This document shows, piece after piece, positions 56,228 through 63,929 of a DNA stretch of 64,000 nucleotides; the first letter of the stretch is position 1; every line of letters begins with the position of its first letter. Made by a program: the position numbers and the translations under genes. The DNA is from Candidatus Omnitrophota bacterium. Lineage in GTDB: Bacteria > Omnitrophota > Gorgyraeia > VGKH01. The stretch is from positions 20,076 to 84,075 of the forward strand of contig JBDRFF010000056.1 in the NCBI GenBank assembly GCA_043819095.1. Reading direction: 5' to 3'. The notes beneath the pieces were generated by a model, which saw only the letters and a program-made list of their open reading frames with translations, ran no database searches and was not told the origin of the DNA.

Positions 56228-56704
56228 CTAATTATTTCTAGCTGCTTCCAGTCTGCGTTTATTTTTAAAAAACTCCGTCAGCAGTAAACTGCACTCTTCT
56301 TCTAAAATTCCTCTTTTAACGCTGATTCTGTGATTCAATTTTTTATTATCAATAATATTAACAACTGAGCCACAAGCACCAGTCTTGGGGTCATTTGCTC
56401 CAAAATAAATACTTTTTATCCTCGCCAGGACTAACGCACCTGCACACATACTGCAGGGTTCAATTGTAACATACAATGTAGAGTCATTCAACCATTTGGA
56501 TCTCAGATAATTTGTTGCTTGGGTTAGAGCGATCATTTCTGCATGTGCGGTAGGATCACCCAGCAGCTCGACCTGATTATGAGCCCTTGCGATAATCTTT
56601 CCCTTATGAACAACAACTGCTCCTACAGGAACTTCGTCCTTTTCAAACGCCTCTCTTGCTTCTTTCAAGGCTTCCTTCATGAAAAGAATATCATTTTTTA
56701 TCAT
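56228..56704 (-). CDS. tadA: tRNA-specific adenosine(34) deaminase
   Basis: 158 aa. Contains HAEMIAL and PCSMCAGAL CDA zinc motifs. Confidence 0.9.
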   Translation of the reverse strand: MIKNDILFMKEALKEAREAFEKDEVPVGAVVVHKGKIIARAHNQVELLGDPTAHAEMIALTQATNYLRSKWLNDSTLYVTIEPCSMCAGALVLARIKSIYFGANDPKTGACGSVVNIIDNKKLNHRISVKRGILEEECSLLLTEFFKNKRRLEAARNN

Positions 56705-56712
56705 GATTTCAT

Positions 56713-56786
56713 TGCGCCCAGCTGGATTCGAACCAGCAACACCTAGCTCCGTAGGCTAGTGCTCTATCCAATTAAGCTATGGGCGC
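56713..56786 (-). tRNA. tRNA-Arg(ACG), CCA not encoded
   Basis: Hand-folded. Acceptor gcgccca/tgggcgc, anticodon stem ctagc/gctag with loop cuACGga, T-arm gctgg-ttcgaat-ccagc. Confidence 0.9.
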
Positions 56787-56811
56787 GAAACTCTTATCCT
56801 ATCTATAATTA

Positions 56812-58158
56812 TTATTTGCGTTTAAATCCTAATTTAGCTAAGGTTCCGGTTGGATCATTACTGTACGCACGGCAGAATGAAGTAAGTTCTTTTACTGTCC
56901 TGATATTCCTCTGAAGTAAGAGATTTAATATTTTTGAGCGGACTTTAACTTCATCGATTATCTCTTTGGGAGATCGGCCTGAAGCGCTTGATAGTCTGTC
57001 TCTGTACACCGTGCTTGGCGAGATTTGATCAAATTTATTCTTTTTATAATCATAAGTCCACAATTGCGAAATAAGAACAATCTTTTCTTCCATTCCTCCG
57101 GTCTCAACTACCTCTTCTACTACCCTGAAAACTTTGTCTTTCTGGTTGAATTTTTTCGTAACTATAAAGACATCTACCAAGCCTACGAGCATCTCTGGAA
57201 CGTTCATCGGTTCATTCTGCAGACGCATTATCGCTTCTCTTGCGCTGCTCGCATGCAGGGTTCCCATGCAGTGCTTGCCGATGTTTACAACTGTCATTAG
57301 ATCCTTGGCTTCGCTGCCTCTTACCTCGCCGATAATTACTCTATCCGGACGCATTCTTAAAGAATTCTTAACCAAAGTCAACAGATCCACATTTTCATCG
57401 CTTTCTAACCGTGAGCAGCTCTCTTCAAGCTGTGTATTAAGTTCTAAGGTGTCCTCAATTACCACCATTCTTTCTTTTTCCGGAACAAAGCTGAATAATG
57501 CATTCAAAAGCGTAGTCTTGCCTGAACCAGCGCCTCCGGAAATTATTATGTTGGCTGGCCTGACCGACAAACCTTCAACATAAAGCCAGAGTTGCGCAGC
57601 TAAATCACAGGAAACCATTCCATTATCAATAAGATCTATCATGCTCATAGGTTCAGTTTTCGCCTTGGTGATAGTAATTTGTGGCCCCAGCGGAGAAATG
57701 GCGATATTGACTCGACCCTGAATATTCGGCAGCTCTAGATTATTTATCTTCCTTAATTCTGTCCTGCCGGAAAATATAATCAATTTCCTAACGAATAAAT
57801 CTAATTGCCTTTGGCTTTCAAATCTTAAGTTTGTTTTTATCAATCCTTTTTGGGCATGATGGACAAAGATATGATTTAAACTGTTGATTATAATGTCTTC
57901 TACGTCCGGATCCCAGAGAAGCTCCTGTATTACATCGTAACCAAGAAATTTATTGATAAATTCTTTTCTCTGTTCTTTAGAATTTAGCGTCTTTACTTCC
58001 TCTAAAACTAAATCCCGCTCCAAATGACCGCAGATTTCCTCAAGAACGCCAGAGACAACTTTGAGTTTTTCCTCTTCTGACTGAAGTAAACTTAATCTGC
58101 CAGTTAATTTCTCTATGATTTTGCTTTCAACGTCCTGTAGTATTTCTTTATCTTGCAT
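56812..58158 (-). CDS. T2SS/T4P/T4SS-family secretion ATPase (CpaF/TadA/FlaI-like)
   Basis: 448 aa. Contains Walker A SGGAGSGKTTLLNAL, Walker B-like MVVIEDTLEL, RPDRVIIGEVRGSEA, and the His box GTLHASSA. Confidence 0.85.
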   Translation of the reverse strand: MQDKEILQDVESKIIEKLTGRLSLLQSEEEKLKVVSGVLEEICGHLERDLVLEEVKTLNSKEQRKEFINKFLGYDVIQELLWDPDVEDIIINSLNHIFVHHAQKGLIKTNLRFESQRQLDLFVRKLIIFSGRTELRKINNLELPNIQGRVNIAISPLGPQITITKAKTEPMSMIDLIDNGMVSCDLAAQLWLYVEGLSVRPANIIISGGAGSGKTTLLNALFSFVPEKERMVVIEDTLELNTQLEESCSRLESDENVDLLTLVKNSLRMRPDRVIIGEVRGSEAKDLMTVVNIGKHCMGTLHASSAREAIMRLQNEPMNVPEMLVGLVDVFIVTKKFNQKDKVFRVVEEVVETGGMEEKIVLISQLWTYDYKKNKFDQISPSTVYRDRLSSASGRSPKEIIDEVKVRSKILNLLLQRNIRTVKELTSFCRAYSNDPTGTLAKLGFKRK

Positions 58159-58221
58159 TTAAGCCCTCTTAAAAATATTATTCCTTAATAAAACATGTCT
58201 AGAATTAATTAAAAACTCATA

Positions 58222-58311
58222 TGGCGGAGAGGGAGAGATTCGAACTCTCGGACCTCTTACGAAGTCACATGTTCTCCAAACATGCCGGTTCAACCGCTCC
58301 CGCACCTCTCC
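58222..58311 (-). tRNA. tRNA-Ser(GGA), class II, CCA encoded
   Basis: Hand-folded. Acceptor ggagagg/cctctcc, anticodon stem catgt/acatg with loop uuGGAga, a long variable arm, T-arm with gttcgaatc. Confidence 0.9.
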
Positions 58312-58324
58312 AAAGGTGTTAAAA

Positions 58325-58606
58325 TTAATACAATGTCAGAAGTGCAAAGGAGAATACTAAAAACATGACGCCGAAAAATTTGCGGTTTTTCAAAATCAAT
58401 CTATCTAATGAAAACTTTTCTTTCTCTAATGAAGGTACCAGTTTCTTTCTTATTCCGTATTCCTTCATTAGGATACTATTCAATTTCTTGTATGCCTCTG
58501 GATCGACTAATACGAAAAGGCTTCCGGCAAAAGCAAATGCTACTAAAATCCGCATAAGCAATCTGATTGCCACGGGATCCATTAACTCGACCATCATATT
58601 TATCAC
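58325..58606 (-). CDS. small two-TM membrane protein, unknown function
   Basis: 93 aa with hydrophobic segments at both ends. It lies between tRNA genes, and its stop is 13 nt before tRNA-Ser(GGA). Confidence 0.45.
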   Translation of the reverse strand: MINMMVELMDPVAIRLLMRILVAFAFAGSLFVLVDPEAYKKLNSILMKEYGIRKKLVPSLEKEKFSLDRLILKNRKFFGVMFLVFSFALLTLY

Positions 58607-58738
58607 CTCCTAAATCTTTTTATTTTCTTTTTCAATTATAACAAATGTTTCAGAAAAAAGCAATTATAATGAAACTAAATTATGGCGGACCTTCCCGACG
58701 AAACGTCGGGACGAGTCTCGTCAGTTTTTTTGCAAAAC

Positions 58739-58828
58739 TGGCGGAGGAGAGAGGATTCGAACCCCTGAGACCCTTACAGGTCTAACGATTTTCGAGACCG
58801 CCACATTCGACCACTCTGTCACTCCTCC
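58739..58828 (-). tRNA. tRNA-Ser(CGA), class II, CCA encoded
   Basis: Hand-folded. Acceptor ggaggag/ctcctcc, anticodon loop cuCGAaa, a long variable arm, T-arm agggg-ttcgaat-cctct. Confidence 0.9.
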
Positions 58829-58872
58829 GTATAGATTATAACGGAACGCCAACTCTTTGCCTTGCAAAAAGT

Positions 58873-58962
58873 TGGCGGAGACGAGAGGATTCGAACCCCT
58901 GGTGGACTTACGCCCACAACGGTTTTCAAGACCGCCGCTTTCAACCACTCAGCCACGTCTCC
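58873..58962 (-). tRNA. tRNA-Ser(UGA), class II, CCA encoded
   Basis: Hand-folded. Acceptor ggagacg/cgtctcc, anticodon loop cuUGAaa, a long variable arm, T-arm with ggttcgaatcc. Confidence 0.9.
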
Positions 58963-58980
58963 GAAAAATTTACTACGTAA

Positions 58981-59029
58981 ATTTTTCGGATCTCGAGTCC
59001 GCCAAAGTTCTGTGGCGGACGAGAGATCT
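58981..59029 (-). repeat. 49-nt hairpin repeat, copy B
   Basis: atttttcggatctcgagtccgccaaagttctgtggcggacgagagatct lies 18 nt after the stop of the 202-aa membrane protein gene and upstream of tRNA-Ser(UGA). Confidence 0.85.
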
Positions 59030-59047
59030 TATTTACTACTTATCGAT

Positions 59048-59656
59048 TTATGACTTCGCGATAAAGAACTGAACAAAAACTAATTTATAAATCTCTACTG
59101 TCTGCCGGATTGCATTGTTAAAAAAATCTATAAACGAGAAATTTTCAAAGAAATAATGAAAACAAAAAGCAATGATGAATAAATTCACAAGATAAATCAT
59201 TTGCATCGAAAAGAAATAAGTCGCTCTTAATGTATCGGCGGTGTTTGTCTTAAAAGCACTGGCAGTAAAAATCATATGAAATGTAAGACTAAAACTTATT
59301 AAAAAGCATAATTCTCTTGTGATATTAATATTCTCAAAAACCAATCTGTCCAATCCTAAAATTATCAAAAATAATATCGTATAAATCGGTAAACAGAAAG
59401 AAGCAATCTTGACTAATGGCGAAAAGAATTTAAATACTGCAAGAACCCCATCTTGGCCTTTGCGATAAAAATATTCAGGCGCATAAATAAAATGATATAA
59501 AATCAAAAATGAAAATATCCCCCAAAGAAAAAAATCATAGATAGTTTCTCCGACAAGATTTAATTGCGCGAAGAAATTAATTGAAGCAAAGATTACAACC
59601 GGCAGAAGTAAAATCGCCAAGATTAATTTTAGGACGCTGATTATACTCCTAGTCAA
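59048..59656 (-). CDS. polytopic membrane protein, unknown function
   Basis: 202 aa with about 6 hydrophobic segments. Its TTG start overlaps the serS stop by 8 nt and is preceded by ggaagg. Confidence 0.55.
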   Translation of the reverse strand: MTRSIISVLKLILAILLLPVVIFASINFFAQLNLVGETIYDFFLWGIFSFLILYHFIYAPEYFYRKGQDGVLAVFKFFSPLVKIASFCLPIYTILFLIILGLDRLVFENINITRELCFLISFSLTFHMIFTASAFKTNTADTLRATYFFSMQMIYLVNLFIIAFCFHYFFENFSFIDFFNNAIRQTVEIYKLVFVQFFIAKS

Positions 59657-60917
59657 TCTTTTCCTTCCCGTCCATATATGGCCTTAACGGCTCTGGGATA
59701 ATTATAGTTCCGTCTTTTTGTTGATAAGTTTCTAATAGCGCAGCAACGCAACGAGCCAAGGCAACGCCTGAACCATTTAACGTATGCACTAACGTGGGTT
59801 TCTTCGTTTTTTTATCTCGATAGCGGATATTTGCACGACGTGCCTGAAAATCCGTAAAATTGCTGCAACTGGAAATCTCTAACCACTTATCTATTCCCGG
59901 CGCATAGGCTTCTAAATCATAACATTTGCTAGCTGCGAAACTTAAATCTTCTGTAGGTAATACTACAATGCGATATTGTAAACCTAACAATTTGAATACT
60001 TCTTCTGCGTTAGAAGTTAATTTTTCTAATTCATCGTAAGAGCTTTCAGGCTTAACAAATTTTACCATTTCCACCTTATTAAACTGATGCACCCTCATCA
60101 ATCCCTTTGTCTCTTTTCCGTAGGAACCGGCTTCTCTCCTGAAACATGCAGTGTAAGCTGTATAATAAATCGGTAAATCATCTTCATTTAAAACTTCATC
60201 GCGGAAGATATTTGTCACCGGAACTTCTGCCGTGGGAATCAGGAATAGATCATCATCTTTTAATCGATACATATCTTCTTCTAATTTTGGAAGTTGACCC
60301 GTTGCGGTCATGGAAGCGCGATTCACCAAAAACGGTGGAAAGACCTCTGTGTATCCGTGCTTTTTGGTATGTAAATCCAGCATAAAATTAAATAATGCCC
60401 GCTCTAATTTTGCGCCCTGTCCTTTATAAAGAACAAAATTTGAGCCTGTAATCTTGGATGCACGTTTAAAATCTATGATATCTAAATTTTCAGCTAATTC
60501 GATATGCGTTCTTGGACTAAAACCAAGTTTTGGAGCTTTGCCGCCTTCGCGAACTATCTTCTTTTTATCAACGCCTCCAACCGGAATCGACGAATGGTAG
60601 ATATTGGGAAGATTTATCAATAATTCCTTTAATTCCGAGTTGATCTTCTTTACCTCAGCCTCGACTTTATGAATCTTATCAGAGATGCCCTTCATCGCCT
60701 TAATCTTTGGCTTGGGATCTTTTTTGGCCTTCAATAAAGTACTGATTTCATCATTTGCTTTGTTCTTTTCTTGATTTAATTTTTCTAACTCTGTATTGAG
60801 TTTACGCAAAGAATCATCGAGCTTTGAGAATTTTACTACATCCCATTTTACTGCTCGGGCTTTATTCGATTTCTTAACCAAATCTAAATTCTGCCTAATA
60901 AATTTTCTGTCTAACAT
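59649..60917 (-). CDS. serS: seryl-tRNA synthetase
   Basis: 422 aa. N-terminal coiled-coil arm, then class II motifs [20 protein letters not shown] and [15 protein letters not shown]. Confidence 0.94.
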   Translation of the reverse strand: MLDRKFIRQNLDLVKKSNKARAVKWDVVKFSKLDDSLRKLNTELEKLNQEKNKANDEISTLLKAKKDPKPKIKAMKGISDKIHKVEAEVKKINSELKELLINLPNIYHSSIPVGGVDKKKIVREGGKAPKLGFSPRTHIELAENLDIIDFKRASKITGSNFVLYKGQGAKLERALFNFMLDLHTKKHGYTEVFPPFLVNRASMTATGQLPKLEEDMYRLKDDDLFLIPTAEVPVTNIFRDEVLNEDDLPIYYTAYTACFRREAGSYGKETKGLMRVHQFNKVEMVKFVKPESSYDELEKLTSNAEEVFKLLGLQYRIVVLPTEDLSFAASKCYDLEAYAPGIDKWLEISSCSNFTDFQARRANIRYRDKKTKKPTLVHTLNGSGVALARCVAALLETYQQKDGTIIIPEPLRPYMDGKEKID

Positions 60918-60930
60918 ACTTCCTCTCTTT

Positions 60931-61089
60931 TTATTTTCCCATAACTATCATTGCGCCAATTAATGCGCCGATAATTGTACTTATAATTGGGCTGCTGGTC
61001 AAAGGACACACACCTGATACACATTTACCAAAATAACCAACCGCAAAACCTATTGCAGCGCCGATTAATATGCCTAATACTATTTTCAT
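60931..61089 (-). CDS. 52-aa small membrane protein with a CxxxxC motif
   Basis: Hand translation gives [54 protein letters not shown] aaggaag lies upstream. Confidence 0.45.
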   Translation of the reverse strand: MKIVLGILIGAAIGFAVGYFGKCVSGVCPLTSSPIISTIIGALIGAMIVMGK

Positions 61090-61157
61090 CTAGACTACTT
61101 CCTTCGACTCGGCTTCGCCTCGCTCAGGACTAAATTGCGCCTTTACTTTGGGGCGAA

Positions 61158-61946
61158 CTATTCCTCTTTCTCCACAATCTGAATTTTTATAATATTTGAT
61201 TCAAGGCAATCCTGCCAAGCATCTTTTAGCAAAGTGAGCTTATCACAATAAATCTTGGCTTGTTCTATGTCAGAAGATAAAAACGATTTCCTCCATTCCC
61301 ACGCCCTGTCTGCATCATCCATGTTTTTATAACCTTCTTTAAATCTCTCTTCATATCCTTCTCTGAAAGAATTGATATCTACGCAATCTCTGTCATAAAA
61401 AAACGGTGGACATCCAACACAATCAAGGCGGGTAAGACCACAATACTGCAAAGATAAATTATATAAGCCGTAACCATCCTTTATCAATCTATTTATCCAG
61501 TTATCTAAGGATATATAAAATCCATCGTAATACAGGACTTCCTCTATCGGTCCAGCACCTTTGCCTTTGCCACCAGATATCATTTTATGAACTTTACCTT
61601 CATGAATTTTAGCAAATACTTCTTCTCTAACCCATTCTTCATTCGGCTGAAGAACTTTGTATTCAATTTCTGGCATCCATGTCTGGTAGACATATCCTAA
61701 ATCTTCATATTCTCTACCATCAGCAATTATTATTTGAAAATGAAGAGAGTCGCTACTGTAGAAGAAACTAACGGGTCTTCTACTAATATTCTTAATTGTA
61801 TAAATGACTTTAATAACATCTCCTACAAAATAAACTTCTTTATCCGTTTCTATAGTGAGTTTCAAGGGTTGAGTTGCTTCTTCTGAGAAAACATTGCTAT
61901 TTAACATAATTAATATACTTAACAACAAAATTATTTTCTTCTCCAT
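61158..61946 (-). CDS. secreted hypothetical protein, Cys-rich C-terminal half
   Basis: The track start 61988 translates an upstream hairpin. ATG 61946 follows SD gggaggg. Signal peptide MEKKIILLLSILIMLNSNVFS. I recognise no family. Confidence 0.55.
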   Translation of the reverse strand: MEKKIILLLSILIMLNSNVFSEEATQPLKLTIETDKEVYFVGDVIKVIYTIKNISRRPVSFFYSSDSLHFQIIIADGREYEDLGYVYQTWMPEIEYKVLQPNEEWVREEVFAKIHEGKVHKMISGGKGKGAGPIEEVLYYDGFYISLDNWINRLIKDGYGLYNLSLQYCGLTRLDCVGCPPFFYDRDCVDINSFREGYEERFKEGYKNMDDADRAWEWRKSFLSSDIEQAKIYCDKLTLLKDAWQDCLESNIIKIQIVEKEE

Positions 61947-61969
61947 CACACCCTCCCAGTTCTTTATCT

Positions 61970-62043
61970 CCCTCCCCTTGCTTCGCAAGGAGAGGGATTA
62001 ATTCGGACAGACAATTTACGTCGCTATCGCTTCCGTAAATTGT
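61970..62043 (-). other. two stem-loops downstream of rtcB
   Basis: 61970..61996 is a GC-rich stem built on ccttgc-ttc-gcaagg and extended by cctc/gagg. 62011..62043 is acaatttacg / cgtaaattgt, a 10-bp stem with a 13-nt loop. Neither has a clear U-tract. Confidence 0.35.
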
Positions 62044-62050
62044 GTCCTCA

Positions 62051-63496
62051 TTAACCTTTAATTACTCCTAATGGACGCATCCGGCAGACGCGTTTTGATA
62101 TGCCGGCATTGTGCACGACGTCAACTACTTCATTTACATCCTTATAAGCTTCTGGCGCCTCTTCTGCTATTGTACCGCGGCCAGATGCTTTTACAATAAT
62201 TCCTTTTGATTCTAAATCTTTGACTAATTCACCTACATTAATAGTGCGGGTTGCCTCTGTGCGCGATTTTACCCGTCCTGCGCCGTGACAAGTTGAATAA
62301 AATGTCTCAGATGCTTTTTCTGTTCCCACTAGTAGATAAGAATTTGTTCCCATATCTCCGGGGATGATTACAGGTTGCCCGGTCTTTTGATATCGTGACG
62401 GCAAATCAGGATGTCCCGGCGGATACGCACGGGTTGCGCCTTTTCTGTGCACGCAAAGAGTTTTTTCTTTACCATTCACTTTATGTTTTTCGAATTTTGC
62501 AATATTGTGCGCCACATCGTAAATTAAATCCATTCCCATATTCTGCCAACTTTTTTTAAACACTCTTTCAAATGCCTTACGGGTCAGATGCATCAGGCAC
62601 TGACGATTTGCAAAAGCATAATTGGCAGCGCATTTCATGGCTGAGATGTATGCGCGAGCCTCTTCTGAATTTACTGGCGCGCAGCCGAGCTGCCTGTCCG
62701 GCATATTGATATTATATTTGGATAAACATCTCACCATGCCTTTTACATAATCATCGCACACCTGGTAACCAAGGCCGCGCGAACCAGAATGGATCATGAC
62801 TGTAACCTGACCTTTAAAAAGTCCAAAGATATTTGCGGTTTTATCGTCGTAAATCTCGTCTACTACCTGGATTTCTAAAAAATGATTGCCTGAGCCAAGC
62901 GTACCTGACTGTTTCCTGCCTCTCTCGTATGCCCTGTCAGAAACCTTGTCTGGATCCGAGCCCTGCATACAGCCTTTATCCTCTGTATATTCAAGATCCT
63001 CCTTTACACCATAACCTTTTTTAACAGCCCATCCAGCGCCTTTAAGAAAGATCTCTTTTTCTTCCCTGTCACTAACTCTAATATCCCCGCTCGAGCCAAC
63101 GCCACAGGGGATGTTATTAAATAAACTGTCGATTAAATTTTCTAATTTTGGTTTTAGATCTTTTTCTATCAAATCACTTCGCACAAGCCGGACGCCACAA
63201 TTTATGTCGTAGCCCACACCTCCTGGTGAAATCACACCTTTATTCTTCGGGTCTGTAGCTGCTACGCCACCAATCGAGAATCCGTAACCCCAGTGAATAT
63301 CAGGCATGGCGAGCGAGTATTTTACTATACCTGGCAAGAACGCTACATTGGCCACCTGTTCAGGTGCCTTGTCTTTTAGAATTTCAGGAAGAAGAGATTC
63401 ACTTGCAAAGATAATCCCGGGGACTTTCATTCCTGGTTTGTAAGAGGTAGGGATTTTCCAGCGATAGTTATCTATCTTTTCTATCTTATACATCAA
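62051..63496 (-). CDS. rtcB: RNA 3'-phosphate/2',3'-cyclic phosphate ligase RtcB
   Basis: 481 aa. Contains GYDINCGVR, GTLGSGNHFLE, IHSGSRGLG, HRKGATRA and CHGAGR motifs. Confidence 0.93.
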   Translation of the reverse strand: MMYKIEKIDNYRWKIPTSYKPGMKVPGIIFASESLLPEILKDKAPEQVANVAFLPGIVKYSLAMPDIHWGYGFSIGGVAATDPKNKGVISPGGVGYDINCGVRLVRSDLIEKDLKPKLENLIDSLFNNIPCGVGSSGDIRVSDREEKEIFLKGAGWAVKKGYGVKEDLEYTEDKGCMQGSDPDKVSDRAYERGRKQSGTLGSGNHFLEIQVVDEIYDDKTANIFGLFKGQVTVMIHSGSRGLGYQVCDDYVKGMVRCLSKYNINMPDRQLGCAPVNSEEARAYISAMKCAANYAFANRQCLMHLTRKAFERVFKKSWQNMGMDLIYDVAHNIAKFEKHKVNGKEKTLCVHRKGATRAYPPGHPDLPSRYQKTGQPVIIPGDMGTNSYLLVGTEKASETFYSTCHGAGRVKSRTEATRTINVGELVKDLESKGIIVKASGRGTIAEEAPEAYKDVNEVVDVVHNAGISKRVCRMRPLGVIKG

Positions 63497-63929
63497 AAAT
63501 GATTTTGCAGGTAAAGCCTGCTTTATTTTTTTCTATTTTAAGGTCGTGAAAGGTGACTGCTTTTATTTCTGTTTGGAGGCCGGTGTTTTCGGGGTCTATC
63601 TTCTCGCCTGAGGATTTAGCGATTAGGCTATTTCTTTCTAATTCCTGGATTTTAAAATTACTAAAAATTATTTTATCTTTATTAAAAATATACAATAACT
63701 CGCTCAGCCAATGCACTAATAGTTCTTCGAAACTCTGAGCGTCTTTTTTTATCTCTATCTTCCTATGTGCTTGCTTGCCCCGTACCCGAGCGAAGCGAGT
63801 GGTACTGGGGCCTCCGCTGACGATCTCGAACATGCCCTTTGCTGCATTCTCGAACAACTCTTCCAGCGTCGTACCATTCGCCTTTATCCCAACATCAGCA
63901 GTATGCTCGATTACCTCGTAGGGCTTCAT
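63486..63929 (-). CDS. archease (RtcB activator)
   Basis: MKPYEVIEHTADVGIKANGTTLEELFENAAKGMF is the archease N-terminal signature. The track ORF begins 7 codons earlier at GTG 63950. 11-nt overlap with rtcB. Confidence 0.8.
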   Translation of the reverse strand: MKPYEVIEHTADVGIKANGTTLEELFENAAKGMFEIVSGGPSTTRFARVRGKQAHRKIEIKKDAQSFEELLVHWLSELLYIFNKDKIIFSNFKIQELERNSLIAKSSGEKIDPENTGLQTEIKAVTFHDLKIEKNKAGFTCKIIFDV

